DNA from: the human T2T-CHM13v2.0 reference genome, Homo sapiens
Direction: 5' to 3' (one strand)
Length of the DNA: 64,000 nucleotides
Assembly: GCF_009914755.1 (NCBI RefSeq)
Contig: NC_060925.1
Below are positions 49,470 to 64,000 of this stretch, piece after piece. A program made the position numbers and the translations under genes. Positions within the stretch are counted from its first letter, which is position 1. The number at the start of each line of letters is the position of its first letter. The notes beneath the pieces are model-generated. The model ran no database searches. It was not told the DNA's origin and was given only the letters and a program-made list of their open reading frames with translations.

Positions 49470-51105
49470 CTATTGTTACCCATAATACATAGATAAGGAC
49501 CAAGGTCATCAGTAGAGCAAGGATTAGGAATCAAGGCTTGTGACTTAAGATTCCTTTTTTTTTTTTTTTTTTTTTTTTGGAGGCAAGATCTCACTCTCAC
49601 CCGGGCTGGGGTGCAGTGGCATCATCATGGCTCACTGCAGCCTAGACTTCCTGGCCTCAGGTGATTCTCCCACCTCAGCTGCCCAAGTTGGGACTACAGG
49701 CCTGTGCTACCATCCCCGGTTATTTTTCTGTATTTTTAGTAGAGGTGGAGTTTCAGCATGTTGCCCAGGCTGGTCTCAAACTCCCAGGCTCAAGTGATCC
49801 ACCTGTGTTGGCCTCCCAAGCCTGACTTGAGATTCGTAAACTCTTGAGATTTGTTCAAGAAGTTGACCTGCAGTCTCTGCCTAAGAGATTTAAGTAGCCC
49901 TAAAACGCTTAATCCATTCATCATTAAGTAGCCAATGACCATTATGTGATCTGGGGGCTTGCTTTCTATTCAGAGAGACAAAACTAGCAAACGTTCGACA
50001 ATTATAAAATTGACTAAGCTGGCAAATCTTTAAAACTAACTAGACAGGTGCAATTCAGAGAAGACCACTAATGGCTGAAATGGTTGGCAAGGTTTCTTGG
50101 TGACAGGCTTTGATGTGGACTTTATTTATTTATTTATTTTTTGAGACAGAGCCTCACTCTGTCACCCAGGCTGGAGTGCAGTGGCACAATCTTGGCTCAC
50201 TACAACCTCTGCCTCCCGGGTTCAAGCAATTCTCTGCCTCAGCTTCCCGAGTAGCTGGAATTACAGGCGCCCGACACCATGCCGAGCCAATTTTTGTATT
50301 TTTAGTAGAGACGGGTTTCACCATCTTGGCCAGGCTGGTCTTGAACTCCTGACCTCATGATCCACCTGCCTCGGCCTCCCAAAGTTTTGGGATTACGAAC
50401 GTGAGCCACCACGCCCGGCCTGATGTGGACTTTAAAGCAGAACTTGCAAGATTTTTGCCCCTCATTGTGATGACCATAGTGTTTTGGTTTTTTTTTTCCA
50501 AAAAATTGGGAGCTTTCACATAAAAATCCCAATTTTTGAGGTGTCATGAAAAACTACAAAACTCAGCTTGTATTCCCACTACTGACAAGGGCTATCGCTG
50601 AGGCAGCTGACCTCTCAGACACTATAAGCCCTGGGCTCAACACATAGCCAATCCCATTACCCACCTGGCTCCTTAGGCAGTGGGTTTTCTTCCCTTACTT
50701 TAGGAGGAAGGATAAAGGCAGCCCAGAAAGGAGAACTGGACAGAGAAGTGAAGATGAGTGGGTATGTCATGAGGTGAGAGATAATGTTGAGACGTTTATA
50801 ACTAGAACAGAGTTTTCATGTGAGGATAAGGTTCAGTCCCCATTTAAATCAATTAGCTCTGCAGTTGGGGGAGAATCTGCTCCCTAGGCCAAAACACCTA
50901 TTTGAAATTAGCAGAAGAATCTGGTGACAGCCAGTGCAGCCATTTCAATAAATAAACCAAAAATAAACTGTGCATTGCTGCTGATGGACTTAAGATGCCA
51001 ATTTTCTATATAAAGGGTGACACACTCAACTTCCTTCTATTCATTACATTTTGGCATACTTAAAAACTAACACACATTTTTCTTTCTTTTTTTTTTTTTT
51101 TTTGA

Positions 51106-51405
<300 letters not shown>

Positions 51406-51526
51406 TGAAATTTACATTAAAATATAATAGATTATAAGTTTATCATAAATTATAATTTGTATTGCATAATTACATCTCACTTGTTTTTACTTAACTCCAT
51501 TATGTAGTGCTGGTAGTAAGCAATAT

Positions 51527-51955
51527 TGAGGCAGAATAGGGTCTGGAGGCGGGGAACCTAAGGCAGATTTGTGCTGACTTCCTAGAACTGAATCAAGAGG
51601 ATCAGACTGTACTCCCTTTGGCTCCACAGTCTTCATTCAGAACTTTACTTCAGCCTCTGATTGGTCACCTCCTACAACCAATCAGACTGGTCGTGGGCCA
51701 CTCCTTAATTTACATACAGTATAAGCAAGTAACCAATGGGAAACCTCTAGAGGGTATTTAAACCCCAGAAAATCCTGTAACCAGCACTCTTGAGCCCCTT
51801 GCTTGAGCCTGCTTACACTCTGTGGAGTGTACTTTTTGTTTCAATAAATGTGTGCTTTCATTGCTTCATTTTTTTGCTTTGTGCATTTTGTCCAATTATT
51901 TGTTCAAAACGCCAAGAACCTGTCAACTCATAGTCAAAACCTTTCACCGGTAACA
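51527..51955 (+). mobile_element. MER51-family ERV1 solo LTR
   Basis: TG...CA termini, TSD ATAT (51523-51526 and 51956-51959), CCAAT boxes, TATTTAAA, AATAAA; starts TGAGGCAGAATAGGGTCTGGAGGC. Confidence 0.8.
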
Positions 51956-52023
51956 ATATGGTTGCCTCGCATGCTTTTTGTCCTAGGCAAGTCTGTGCCT
52001 CACTTAGTTTTTGTTTTGTTTGA

Positions 52024-52410
<387 letters not shown>

Positions 52411-52822
52411 TAGCCCACGATATGCAAAGGTTCTGTGAAAAAAAAGAGCCCCATCACAGCCTGGCAATCAACCCTAATAAAAGGTAAAAGGATTCTGAGG
52501 GATGTGTTTGGCTTGGAGAGTAACAATTTAAATTTGTAAAATGTGCCTGAGTACAAAGGAGGTTAAAAAGCACTACCCAGTGTTCCTAATATATATTCAT
52601 TTGAAGAGCTGCTTTTCAAACCACAGGCTCTTGGCCTATTCTTCATTAACCCTATTTTCTTTTTCTGTTTTGAGTCAGAGTCTCACTCTGTCACCTAGGC
52701 TGCAGTTCAGGGGCACAATCTCAGCTCACTTGCAACCTCCACCTCCTGGGTTCAAGCGATTCTCATTGCCTCAGGCTTTCGAGTAGCTGGGATTATGGGT
52801 GCCTGCCACCAAGCCAGGCTAA

Positions 52823-52987
<165 letters not shown>

Positions 52988-53984
52988 TAGAAAAATAATT
53001 GCTAATCCGTTCCTTTTAGTTCAAGTTCGCCATACTATGATGATATTTAGCACCACCCAGTGGCAATTTTTTCTTATGTTCTTGGGAATAAATAGCAACT
53101 TTGCAAACTCTTGATCCCAAAAGAGAATACCTCAATCAATAGAAACAAGAAAAAAGGTGCAAATCAAACTAAATTTCATTTTTAAAAAGTCATCTACTTT
53201 AAGAGTTCAGATCATTTTAAGGTTGTTTTCCTGGCCTCCTGTCTCCTTAAAGACAAATAGCTAGGCCTGGTGCAGTGGTTCACACCTGTAATCCCAGTAC
53301 TTTGGGGGGCCAAGGTGGATCACTTGAGCCCAGGAGTTCAAGACCAGTTCAAGACAACATAGTGAGACCCTGTCTCTACAAAAAAATTTAAAAATTAGCC
53401 AGGTATGGTGGTGCATTCCTGTAGTTCCAGCAATTTGGGAAGCTGAGTTGGAAGGACTGCTCGAGCCCAGGAGTTCGAGGCCACAGTAAGCTATGATTGC
53501 ACCACTGCATTCCAGCCTGGGGGACAGAGCAAGACCCTGTCTCAAAAAAAAGGACGAATAGCTTAAGTAGTTAAACAAAAACAACAATAAAGAAATTTTT
53601 CAAAAATTCTCCTTTTATTCTCTAGTTATAAACATGTACTCACTTTCAAATAAAATTCTATATTAGAAGGAAAGGTCTCTTTGTAAGGCATAGTATTGAC
53701 TTTTTCTTATGAGAAAACAGGAAATATCATTAGTGCTTTTAAAAAACTGAAAGCGTGAGAGAAAAATCAGGGCTCTATCTAGAGAAGTCTAATTGTTTCT
53801 CTACAAAAACCAACTGGAATACAGGATAGCTCTGTCCTATAGCAACCTAAACCAGCACCTCCCTTGATGTGCATATAGAAAATCTATGTCTTGTGGCCGG
53901 GCATGGTAGCTCATGCCTGTAATCGCAGTACCTTGGGAGGCCAAGGTGGGCGGATCACAAGGTCAGGAGATCAAGACCATCCTA

Positions 53985-54152
<168 letters not shown>

Positions 54153-54559
54153 CTACAGAGCGAGACTCCGTCTCAAAAAAAAAAAAAAAAAAGAAACAAA
54201 ATATATGTCTTAACCAACTTGGAAGAAAAACAAAATTCTGTGTGTGGAAATATATTTTTTCAAGTTATTCTTCTTTCAACCTGGATTCAGCCTCAGGCTG
54301 CTGCTGACATCAGTGATCCTCTCTGGGGTGAGGCTGGAGGGCTTGCATTGCACTGGAAGGGCATGAGGCACACCTACTGCCACAGCAGAGAATCAAAGGA
54401 CCATAACTGTCCCTTGGGGGGTTGAAGAATTCTTTAAAGTGTGAATATTTGGGGAACACAGACCAAGGCTGTGCCCTGATTTTCCCTTTCTGAAAGTCAC
54501 ACTTTAACTAAAATATTTCTGTTCTACAAATTTCCATATATCAAAAAAAAGCTGTAGAA

Positions 54560-54627
54560 TTTAATTCATAGTGTCTTCTCAAAAGGAAGAGGAAAACAAA
54601 AACAGTTCTTCGTAGGAGTCTTTTATT
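54560..54627 (-). terminator. ZBTB8OS polyadenylation signal candidates (AATAAA 54622-54627; ATTAAA 54560-54565)
   Basis: Plus-strand tttatt and tttaat lie ~10 and ~75 nt past the stop. A T-rich tract follows the ATTAAA on the minus strand. Confidence 0.55.
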
Positions 54628-54637
54628 TTTTGGTGTC

Positions 54638-54724
54638 TTAAATGTCAATGATCACAAAAACTTCCGGGTTCTCTTCATTATAGACCTGCATTGCTGAATA
54701 TGTTATTGCTTTGACTTCTGTTCC
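54638..54724 (-). CDS. ZBTB8OS: Archease (ZBTB8OS) last coding exon: GTEVKAITYSAMQVYNEENPEVFVIIDI*
   Basis: Reverse complement reads long T tract...ctttag|GGA ACA GAA GTC AAA GCA ATA ACA TAT...GAC ATT TAA. The EVKAITY motif and terminal -DI are Archease-family hallmarks. Confidence 0.95.
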   Translation of the reverse strand, partial: GTEVKAITYSAMQVYNEENPEVFVIIDI

Positions 54725-55029
54725 CTAAAGTTGGGGTTAGAGAAAAAAAAAAAAAAAAGGAAAATAGGATATTGAAATCATAATCATTAACTCTAGCAAC
54801 AATCAGCAGAAAGTAAAAATTTTAGTATTTTGAAAATGAAAAACTCACATGAAACAATTAGTTATCAAATTAGGAGAATATACAGGGATCCAAGAAAAAT
54901 GAGAGGCAACACATGCACAATGGAGTTGGGACATGGAACTCTAATCCTGGCTTTGTTTCCACCTGGGTGTATAGAAATTGTCTGGCCTGTCTGGACATCA
55001 GTTTTTCATTTATAAAATGGGTTAAATCA

Positions 55030-55551
55030 CATAAAGACACATCCATGGGTATGTTCACTGCAGCACTATTCACAATAGCAAAGACATAGAATCAATCCAC
55101 ATGCCCATCAATGGTAGACTGGATAAAGAAAATGTGACACACATACACCATAGAATACTACACAGCCATAAAAAAGAATGAGATCATGTTCTTTGCAACA
55201 ACGTGGATGGAGCTGGAGGCCATTATCCTAAGTGAATTCATGCAGGAGCAGAAAATCAAATACCATGTTTCCATATATTTATTTGGGACATAAACATTGA
55301 GTACACATGAACACAAAGAGGGAAACAAGACACCGGGTCTATTTGAGAGTTGGGGGAGGGTGAGGATTGAAAAACTGCCTATCAGGTATTATGCTGATTA
55401 CCTAGGTGACAAAATTATCTGTACACTAAACCCCCACAACATGCAATTTACCCATGTAACAAACTCGTATATGTACCCCATGAACCTAAAAATAAAAGTT
55501 GGAAAGAAAAAAAAGTAAAAAACTTTTGAGGATGATTAAAAAAAAAAAAAG
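55030..55551 (+). mobile_element. 5'-truncated primate L1 (L1PA/PB-like) 3' end inserted in a MIR
   Basis: GCAGCACTATTCACAATAGCAAAGAC...GACTGGATAAAGAAAATGTG...AATAAA and A tail; 16-bp TSD AAAATGGGTT(A/G)AATCA at 55014-55029 and 55552-55567. Confidence 0.85.
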
Positions 55552-56614
55552 AAAATGGGTTGAATCAAAGAACACAAGCTTTTCTACTATTTGGCTCAGG
55601 GCTCTTTCTGAAATCAAAACCACCTCCTTATACTCTGACCTAGGCCCTAGGAATTCAACTTATTCTCTTTTCCTCAGTTGACAACACTCACTTCACCTCT
55701 TGGGACTCTTCTCTTTCCAAGTCTAGCTGAAGAATAAGATATAGTTTCCCAGGTCAAAAGCTCTCCACACGTCTCTGATACATGACATTGCCCAACCCTG
55801 CCCCAGTTTAAAACCACAGAATTAGATGTTCTCTTAGGTTCTTTCCAGCTCCAAAAGGAATCTACAATAATTCTGTGCACCATAAAATGTACCAGGCAAT
55901 AGGTAAATGGCATTTGCTAGCTCTACACCACACAAAAAAAGGAAGATTTCACAGAAGGATATAAGTGGCACTGCCACTGCTTTTTCTCCTCTGCCACAAT
56001 CACCTGGCAAAACCACAACCTAATTCAAGTTCAACTGTCTGCTTATGGCAGCACACACCATGCTAACTGGTATCACCCTGAGTGTATGTCCACACATCTC
56101 AAACAGGAATTCAGTACTCGCAGTAAAATCTTACAATTACCAATAAATTCCCTTTTTCACTCTCTGAGACAATTCTTTCTCTTCTCCTCTAGTGATCATT
56201 CCTCCCTCATTCTCACTCTCAATCAACTGTGCTTCCTAGAGAAAGTAAGAGCAACTCAGTAAGAACTGACTCATTTTCCTACCACCAAATCTACCATCAT
56301 GCTGTATCTGTACTCACCTTAGCCTGATTGCAATGAATGGCTTGTCCCTGGCTCCCATCAGAAGGCCAACTCCCATACGTGAGTACTTGATCCTATACTC
56401 CCCTTACCAAATTTTACCAAAGAGGCTGTGGCCCTATCTCTACAACCTTGTCTCCTACTATTACACCTTCACTCTCAGCTCCAGCTTGCTGTTCCCTGAA
56501 CTTACCTCATTTCAGGGCCTTTACACCTGTTTCTTCACCTAGAAAGTTCTTCCTTATTTCTGCTCACTCCTCATCTCTCTTGCCTCTGCTCAAATATCAC
56601 TTTCTCAAACATAC

Positions 56615-56993
56615 TGATATATTTTGGCTGTGTCCCCACCCAAATCTCATCTTGAACTGTAGTGCTCATAATCTCCACGTGTTGTGGGAGGGAGGGAGCA
56701 GGTGGAGATCATTGAATCACGGGGGCGGTTTCCACCATGCTGTTCTAGTGATAGTGCGTGAGTTTTCAGGAGATCTGATGGTTTTCTAAGGGGCTTCCCC
56801 CTTCGCTCAGCACTCACTTCTCTTCCTGCCACAATGTGAAGAAGGAAGGGTTTGCTTCCCCCTCCACCATGATTGTAAGTTTCCTGAGGTCTCCCCAGCC
56901 ATGCTGAACTATGAATCAATTAAGCCCCTTTCCTTTATAAATTACCCAGTCTCGGGTATGTCTTTATCAGCAGCGTGAGAATGGGTTAATAAA
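56615..56993 (+). mobile_element. THE1 (ERVL-MaLR) solo LTR
   Basis: TGATAT...TGGCTGTGTCCCCACCCAAATCTCATCTTGAA start and ...ATTACCCAGTCTCGGGTATGTCTTTATCAGCAGCGTG end; 5-bp TSD CATAC/CATAT. Confidence 0.85.
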
Positions 56994-57450
56994 CATATAT
57001 TTTCTGACTACCCCCTCCCCTCCTCCAACCACTCTTACCTTATCCTGATGGCACTGTTCACTATCTGAAATTATATTATGTGTTTACATGTTTGTCTGGC
57101 TCACTTCTCCCACTACATTTTAAACTCAGTAAGGGCAGAGACTTCGCTTATCCTATTACATTTCTACCTCGAGTGCATAAAAAAAAGTCTGAAACACTGG
57201 AGGCACTTGATAAGTATTTGCTGAATGCATGCATAAATTCATGGATGGATGGCATATGGATTCATGGAGAGAAGGTAAAGACAGTATTAAAACCAGGAAG
57301 GTATTTTTAAACCAAGAAATATTCCAGGAACCAGATGTTTTAATAAGCTATTTGTAAAACATTCCTTTTTGCTTTGAAAAGTTGATTGGCTGGGCCCAGT
57401 GGCTCATGCCTGTAATCTCAGCACTTTGGGAGGCCGAGGCAGGTGGATCA

Positions 57451-57701
<251 letters not shown>

Positions 57702-57704
57702 TCA

Positions 57705-57994
<290 letters not shown>

Positions 57995-58179
57995 TCAAAA
58001 AAAAAAAGAAAGAATAATAATAATAAAAAAAACTGTTGGCTGGGCGCGATGGCTCACGCCTCTTTTGGGAGGCTGAGGTAGGTAAATCACCTGAGCTCAG
58101 GAGTTCGAGATCAGCCTGGCCAACATGGTGAAACCCCATCTCTACTAAAAATACAAAAAATTAGCCAGGTATGGCGTCA

Positions 58180-58353
<174 letters not shown>

Positions 58354-58570
58354 TTAGGAGTACCAAGCTGGAATTGGTGGTGTGCACCTGTAAGCTCAGC
58401 TACTCAGGAGACTGAAGTGGGGGGATTGCTTGAGACTAGGAGTTTCGGATCAGCCTGGGCAACACAGCAAGGCACTGTCTCACATAAACAAAAACTCTTA
58501 GGAATAAATGAAATTAATTTGCTCACAATCCATTCTGAACACTTCCAATGACAAATATGAATTTAGAATA

Positions 58571-59214
<644 letters not shown>

Positions 59215-59229
59215 TATCTGGCCTAAACA

Positions 59230-59889
59230 CAGGGGTCAGCAAAATATATATAGCCCACAGGCCAAATTGCCTCTTTTTGTACAGTCCCATAAAGTAAGAG
59301 TGATTTTTACATCTTTATTTATTTACTTTTATTTTATTTTTTTGAGACCAGTCTCGCTCTGTCACCCAGGCTGGAGTGCAGTGGCATGATCTCGGCTCAC
59401 TGCAACCTCTGCCACCCAGGTTAAAGTGATTCTCCTGCCTCAGCCTCCTGAGCAGCTAGGATTACAGGCGCGTGCCACCACGCCCAGCTAATTTTTGTAT
59501 TTTTAGTAGAGGCTAGGTTTCACTATGTTGGCCAGGCTGGTCTCAAACTCCTGACCTAAAGCGATCTGCCTGCCTTGGCCTCCCAAAGTGCTGGGATTAC
59601 AGGTCTGAGCCACCATGCCTGCCCTGATTTTTACATTTTTAAATGGTTGGGGAAAAAAATCAAAACAATGACATTTTGTTACATTTGAAAATGATAAGAA
59701 ATTCAAATTTCAATGGGCATAAATAAGTTTTACTAGAATACAAGTGAACTCATTCATTTAAGTATTATCTATGGCTACTTTGGTGCTACAACAGAAGCAC
59801 TGAGTAGCTGCTCTTCTGTCATTCTGGGCCCACAAATCTTAAAACATTTATTATCTGTCCATTTTACAGAAAAAAACTGCCAACTCCTG
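59230..59889. mobile_element. MER58-type hAT-Charlie element containing an Alu
   Basis: CAGGGGTCAGCAAA...TTTACAGAAAAAAACTGCCAACTCCTG terminal inverted repeats. Confidence 0.7.
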
Positions 59890-60283
59890 TTCCAATAGAT
59901 TTTCCTACCATAGAGTGAGGCCATACAGGTCGGCAAATACAGAATCTAGAGACACACAGAAAGTAGAAGGCACAATAGAGAACATCTAGTCCAACATCTT
60001 TATTATAGGAGAAGAAATAAAGGTCAAAAAGGCAAAGAGAATTTCAAATTCCACAATAATCTGAACAAACTTGACCCTAGAACCCAATGCTGACGCCTCA
60101 TCCACTAAATCAGGTGTGTATAATCACAGTATTTTAACAAAATATATCCAGACAGGTCAGAGAAGCTTGAGAAAAACTTATCACTTTACACCAGTTAGAA
60201 CTAACTGAAGTTGATTGTCACATATATGAACTTTATGGTAAGGAAATTTTTCATGTTCTTAATGGCTGGATTTTAAAACATAC

Positions 60284-60320
60284 CTGAGGGTGCTTGGACA
60301 ATGAAAATTCTTCTCCCCAC
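60284..60320 (-). CDS. ZBTB8OS: Archease (ZBTB8OS) penultimate coding exon, 37 nt: (G)WGEEFSLSKHPQ
   Basis: Minus strand ttttaatttgtattctcaag|G TGG GGA GAA GAA TTT TCA TTG TCC AAG CAC CCT CAG|gtatgt; joins in phase 0 to GTEVK.... I found no further upstream exons in this window. Confidence 0.93.
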
Positions 60321-60901
60321 CTTGAGAATACAAATTAAAACATGATTAAGATTTGTTCTCTCTTTATATGTTTTAAAATAAGCCTTGTAAATGTGGTTAA
60401 CATGCTAGAAAGCCAAAAGAGACAGGAGGGGGTCAGGGAGCTGTTAAGTTTCATTTTCATTTGTCAGAAGATACAGCTGTTGAGGGACGTGTGTGCAGTG
60501 TCATCATTTGCTCTCAAGGTTGATAGTTAAGGCCAGGTGCGGTGGCTCATACCTATAATCCTGGCACTTCCGGAGGCCAAAGGGAGGATCGCTTGAGCCC
60601 AGGAGTTTGAGAACAGCCTGAGCAACATAGGGAGACCTCATCTGTACACAAAATTAAAAAAATAAAAAAAGTTAGCTGGGTGTGGTGGCACATGCCTGTG
60701 GTCCCAGCCACTCACGAGGAGGAGGCAGGAAGATTGCTTGAGCCCAGAAGTCAAGGCTGCAGTGAGCTGTGATTGCACCACCGCACTCTAGCCTGGGTGT
60801 CAGGGCAAGACTGTGTTTCAAAAGAATTTTTAATTATAGGCCAGGCGCGGTGGCTCATGCCTGTAACCCCAGCACTTTGGGAGGCCGAAGCAGGTGGATC
60901 A

Positions 60902-61303
<402 letters not shown>

Positions 61304-62499
61304 TCAGGAGGCTGAGGCAGGAGAATCGCTTGAGCCAGGAGGCGGAGATTGCAGTGAGCTGAGATCATGCCACTGCACTCCAGCCTGGGCAACAGAGCGA
61401 GACTCTGTCTCAAAAAAAAAAAAAAATTTAATTCTAGTGGCCAGGCACAGTGGCTCCCACCTGTAATCCCAGCACTTTGGGAGGCAGAGGTAGATGAATC
61501 CAGGAGTTCAAGACCAGCCTGGCCAACATGGTGAGAACTCGTCTCTACTAAAAATACAAAAATTAGGCAGGCATGGTTCCATGCGCCCGTGGTCCCACCT
61601 ACTCGGGAGGCTGAGGCACAAGAATGGTTTGAATCTGGGAGGCGGACATTGCAGTGAACCAAGATCACATCATTGCACTCCCAGCCTGGGCAACAGAGTG
61701 AGACTGTCTAAAAAACAAACAAACAAAAAATTAATTTTAAAAACTTTAAAAAAAGGTTGATAGTTGATCTCAAAATAAATGTGCCCCAATATAGTGTACC
61801 TATGGTGGAATCTCAATAAACATTGTTTAGTAAATATTGTTTCAAAACAGAGTAGTAACATATTCAAAATTTTTACTATCCTCAGTTATGAAACTAGTTA
61901 AGTAGGCTGGGTGCGGTGGCTCACACCTGTAATCTCAGCACTTTGGGAGACTGAGGCAGGAAGATAGCTTGAGCTCAGGGGTTTGAGACCAGCCTGGGCA
62001 ATGTAGCGAGACCCTGTCTCTACAAAAGATTAAAAAAAAAAATTAGCCAGGCATGGTGGCATATGTCTGTTGTCCTAGCTAGGTGGGAGGTTGAGGTAGG
62101 AGGATTGCTTGAGCCCAAAAGGTCATGGCTGCAGTGAGCCATGATCATGCCACTGCACTCCAGGCTGAGAGACAAAGCAAAACCCTCTCTCAAAACAAAA
62201 ACAACAAAAACAAAACAAAAAAGAAAAACAAAAACTAATTAAATAATACCTCCCACTGGAGAAAGCAAGTCTGAGTACCACAAAGGCAAAATACTAGACT
62301 CTATAATACAGTCCGAACTTGGTTTACACTTTACAACTTTTCCAAAAATATCCATGATCTGTATATAGAAGGCCCTAGAAAAGTAATCTAGAACTTAGGA
62401 TCAGTCTCCTCTCTGTCTTTGACACTAATGTGAGTGAAGATCACAACGTGGTATAATAGAAAGAGCAAAGCTTTAAAATTCTGTTCAAACACTTATTAG

Positions 62500-62652
<153 letters not shown>

Positions 62653-63011
62653 TGAGTAGTTCAGATTACAGGTGCCCACCACCACACCTGGCTAATTTTT
62701 GTATTTTTAGTAGGGATGGGGTTCCACCATGTTGGCTAGGATGGTCTCAATCTCTTGACCTCCTGATCTGCCCGCCTCGGCCTCCCAAAGTGCTGGGATT
62801 ACAGGCGTGAGCCACTGCACCCAGCAAGCCTGTTTCTTTACTCATTAAAAAACAACAAAAAACAAAACAAAACAAAAACACAGAGAAGATAATAAAAGAT
62901 CTCACTTTACAAAAAGAAGTGAATGAAATTCAATATAAAATGGGGCCACAGGAGTTAGAGACCAGCCTAGCAACATAGCAAGACCCCATCTCTATAAAAA
63001 ATTAAAAATTA

Positions 63012-63339
<328 letters not shown>

Positions 63340-64000
63340 TCAATCAATCAAATTAAATTAAATTAAATGGAGCCGGGCGTGGTGGTATGCACCTGTTGTC
63401 CCAGCTACTCAGGAGGCCAAGGCAGGAGGATCACTTGAGCCCAGGAGTTTGAGGATGCCTGGGCAACATAGTGAATGAGAACCCATTTCTAAAAAAATAA
63501 ATGAGGCCGGGCACAGTGGCTCAAGCCTGTAATCTCGACACTTTGGGAGGGCTGATGCGGGCAGATCACCTGAGGTCAGGAGCTTCAGACCAGCCTGGCC
63601 AACACAGTGAAACCCCGTCTATACTAAAAATACAAAAAATTAGCCAGGCGTGGTAGCAGGCGCGTATAATCTCAGCTACTCGGGAGGCTGAGGCAGAAGA
63701 ATCGCTTGAACCCAGGAGGTGGAGGTTGCAGTGAGCTGAGATCACACACTCCAGCCTGAGCAACAGAGCGAGACTCTGTCTCAAAAATAAATAAATAAAT
63801 AATAAATGAAAATAAAATAAAAAAGCTATATGTAAAAGTAACCTAGGAGGGCCAGGCACAGTGGCTCATGCCTATTACCTCAGCACTTTGGGAGGCAGAG
63901 GCCAGAGGACTGCTTGAGCCCAGGAGTTTGAGACCAGCCTGGGCAACATGGGGAGACCCCATCTCTTCAGAAAACAAAAAAGTCAGCCAGGCATAGTGGC

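Overview
This is Alu-saturated primate (human-like) genomic DNA, with roughly 100 Alu copies or fragments by eye plus old L1M/L2/MIR, LTR and DNA-transposon relics. It holds the 3' parts of two convergent genes. On the + strand is the complete coding sequence of ZBTB8A: three coding exons at 25720-26542, 27842-28011 and 32875-33207 that splice into a 441-aa BTB/POZ plus two C2H2 zinc-finger protein. A putative ~5.5-kb Alu-rich 3'UTR follows, ending near AATAAA 38710, directly before a MER52-type solo LTR. On the - strand are the last two coding exons of ZBTB8OS/Archease, the RTCB tRNA-ligase cofactor (60284-60320 and 54638-54724); both are too short to appear in the ORF track. Between the two 3' ends lie an orphan CpG-rich promoter-like island (~44.8-45.2 kb) and several solo LTRs. 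Almost all other ORFs in the track are Alu/L1/LTR translation artefacts. I found no wholly new gene system. The most interesting leads are a possible extra C4 zinc module in ZBTB8A, a nested inverted-Alu 3'UTR under alternative polyadenylation, an AUG-circRNA-prone exon, the orphan CpG island and candidate alternative Archease exons. Gene names and repeat families are recognised from memory of the sequences, not from database searches.
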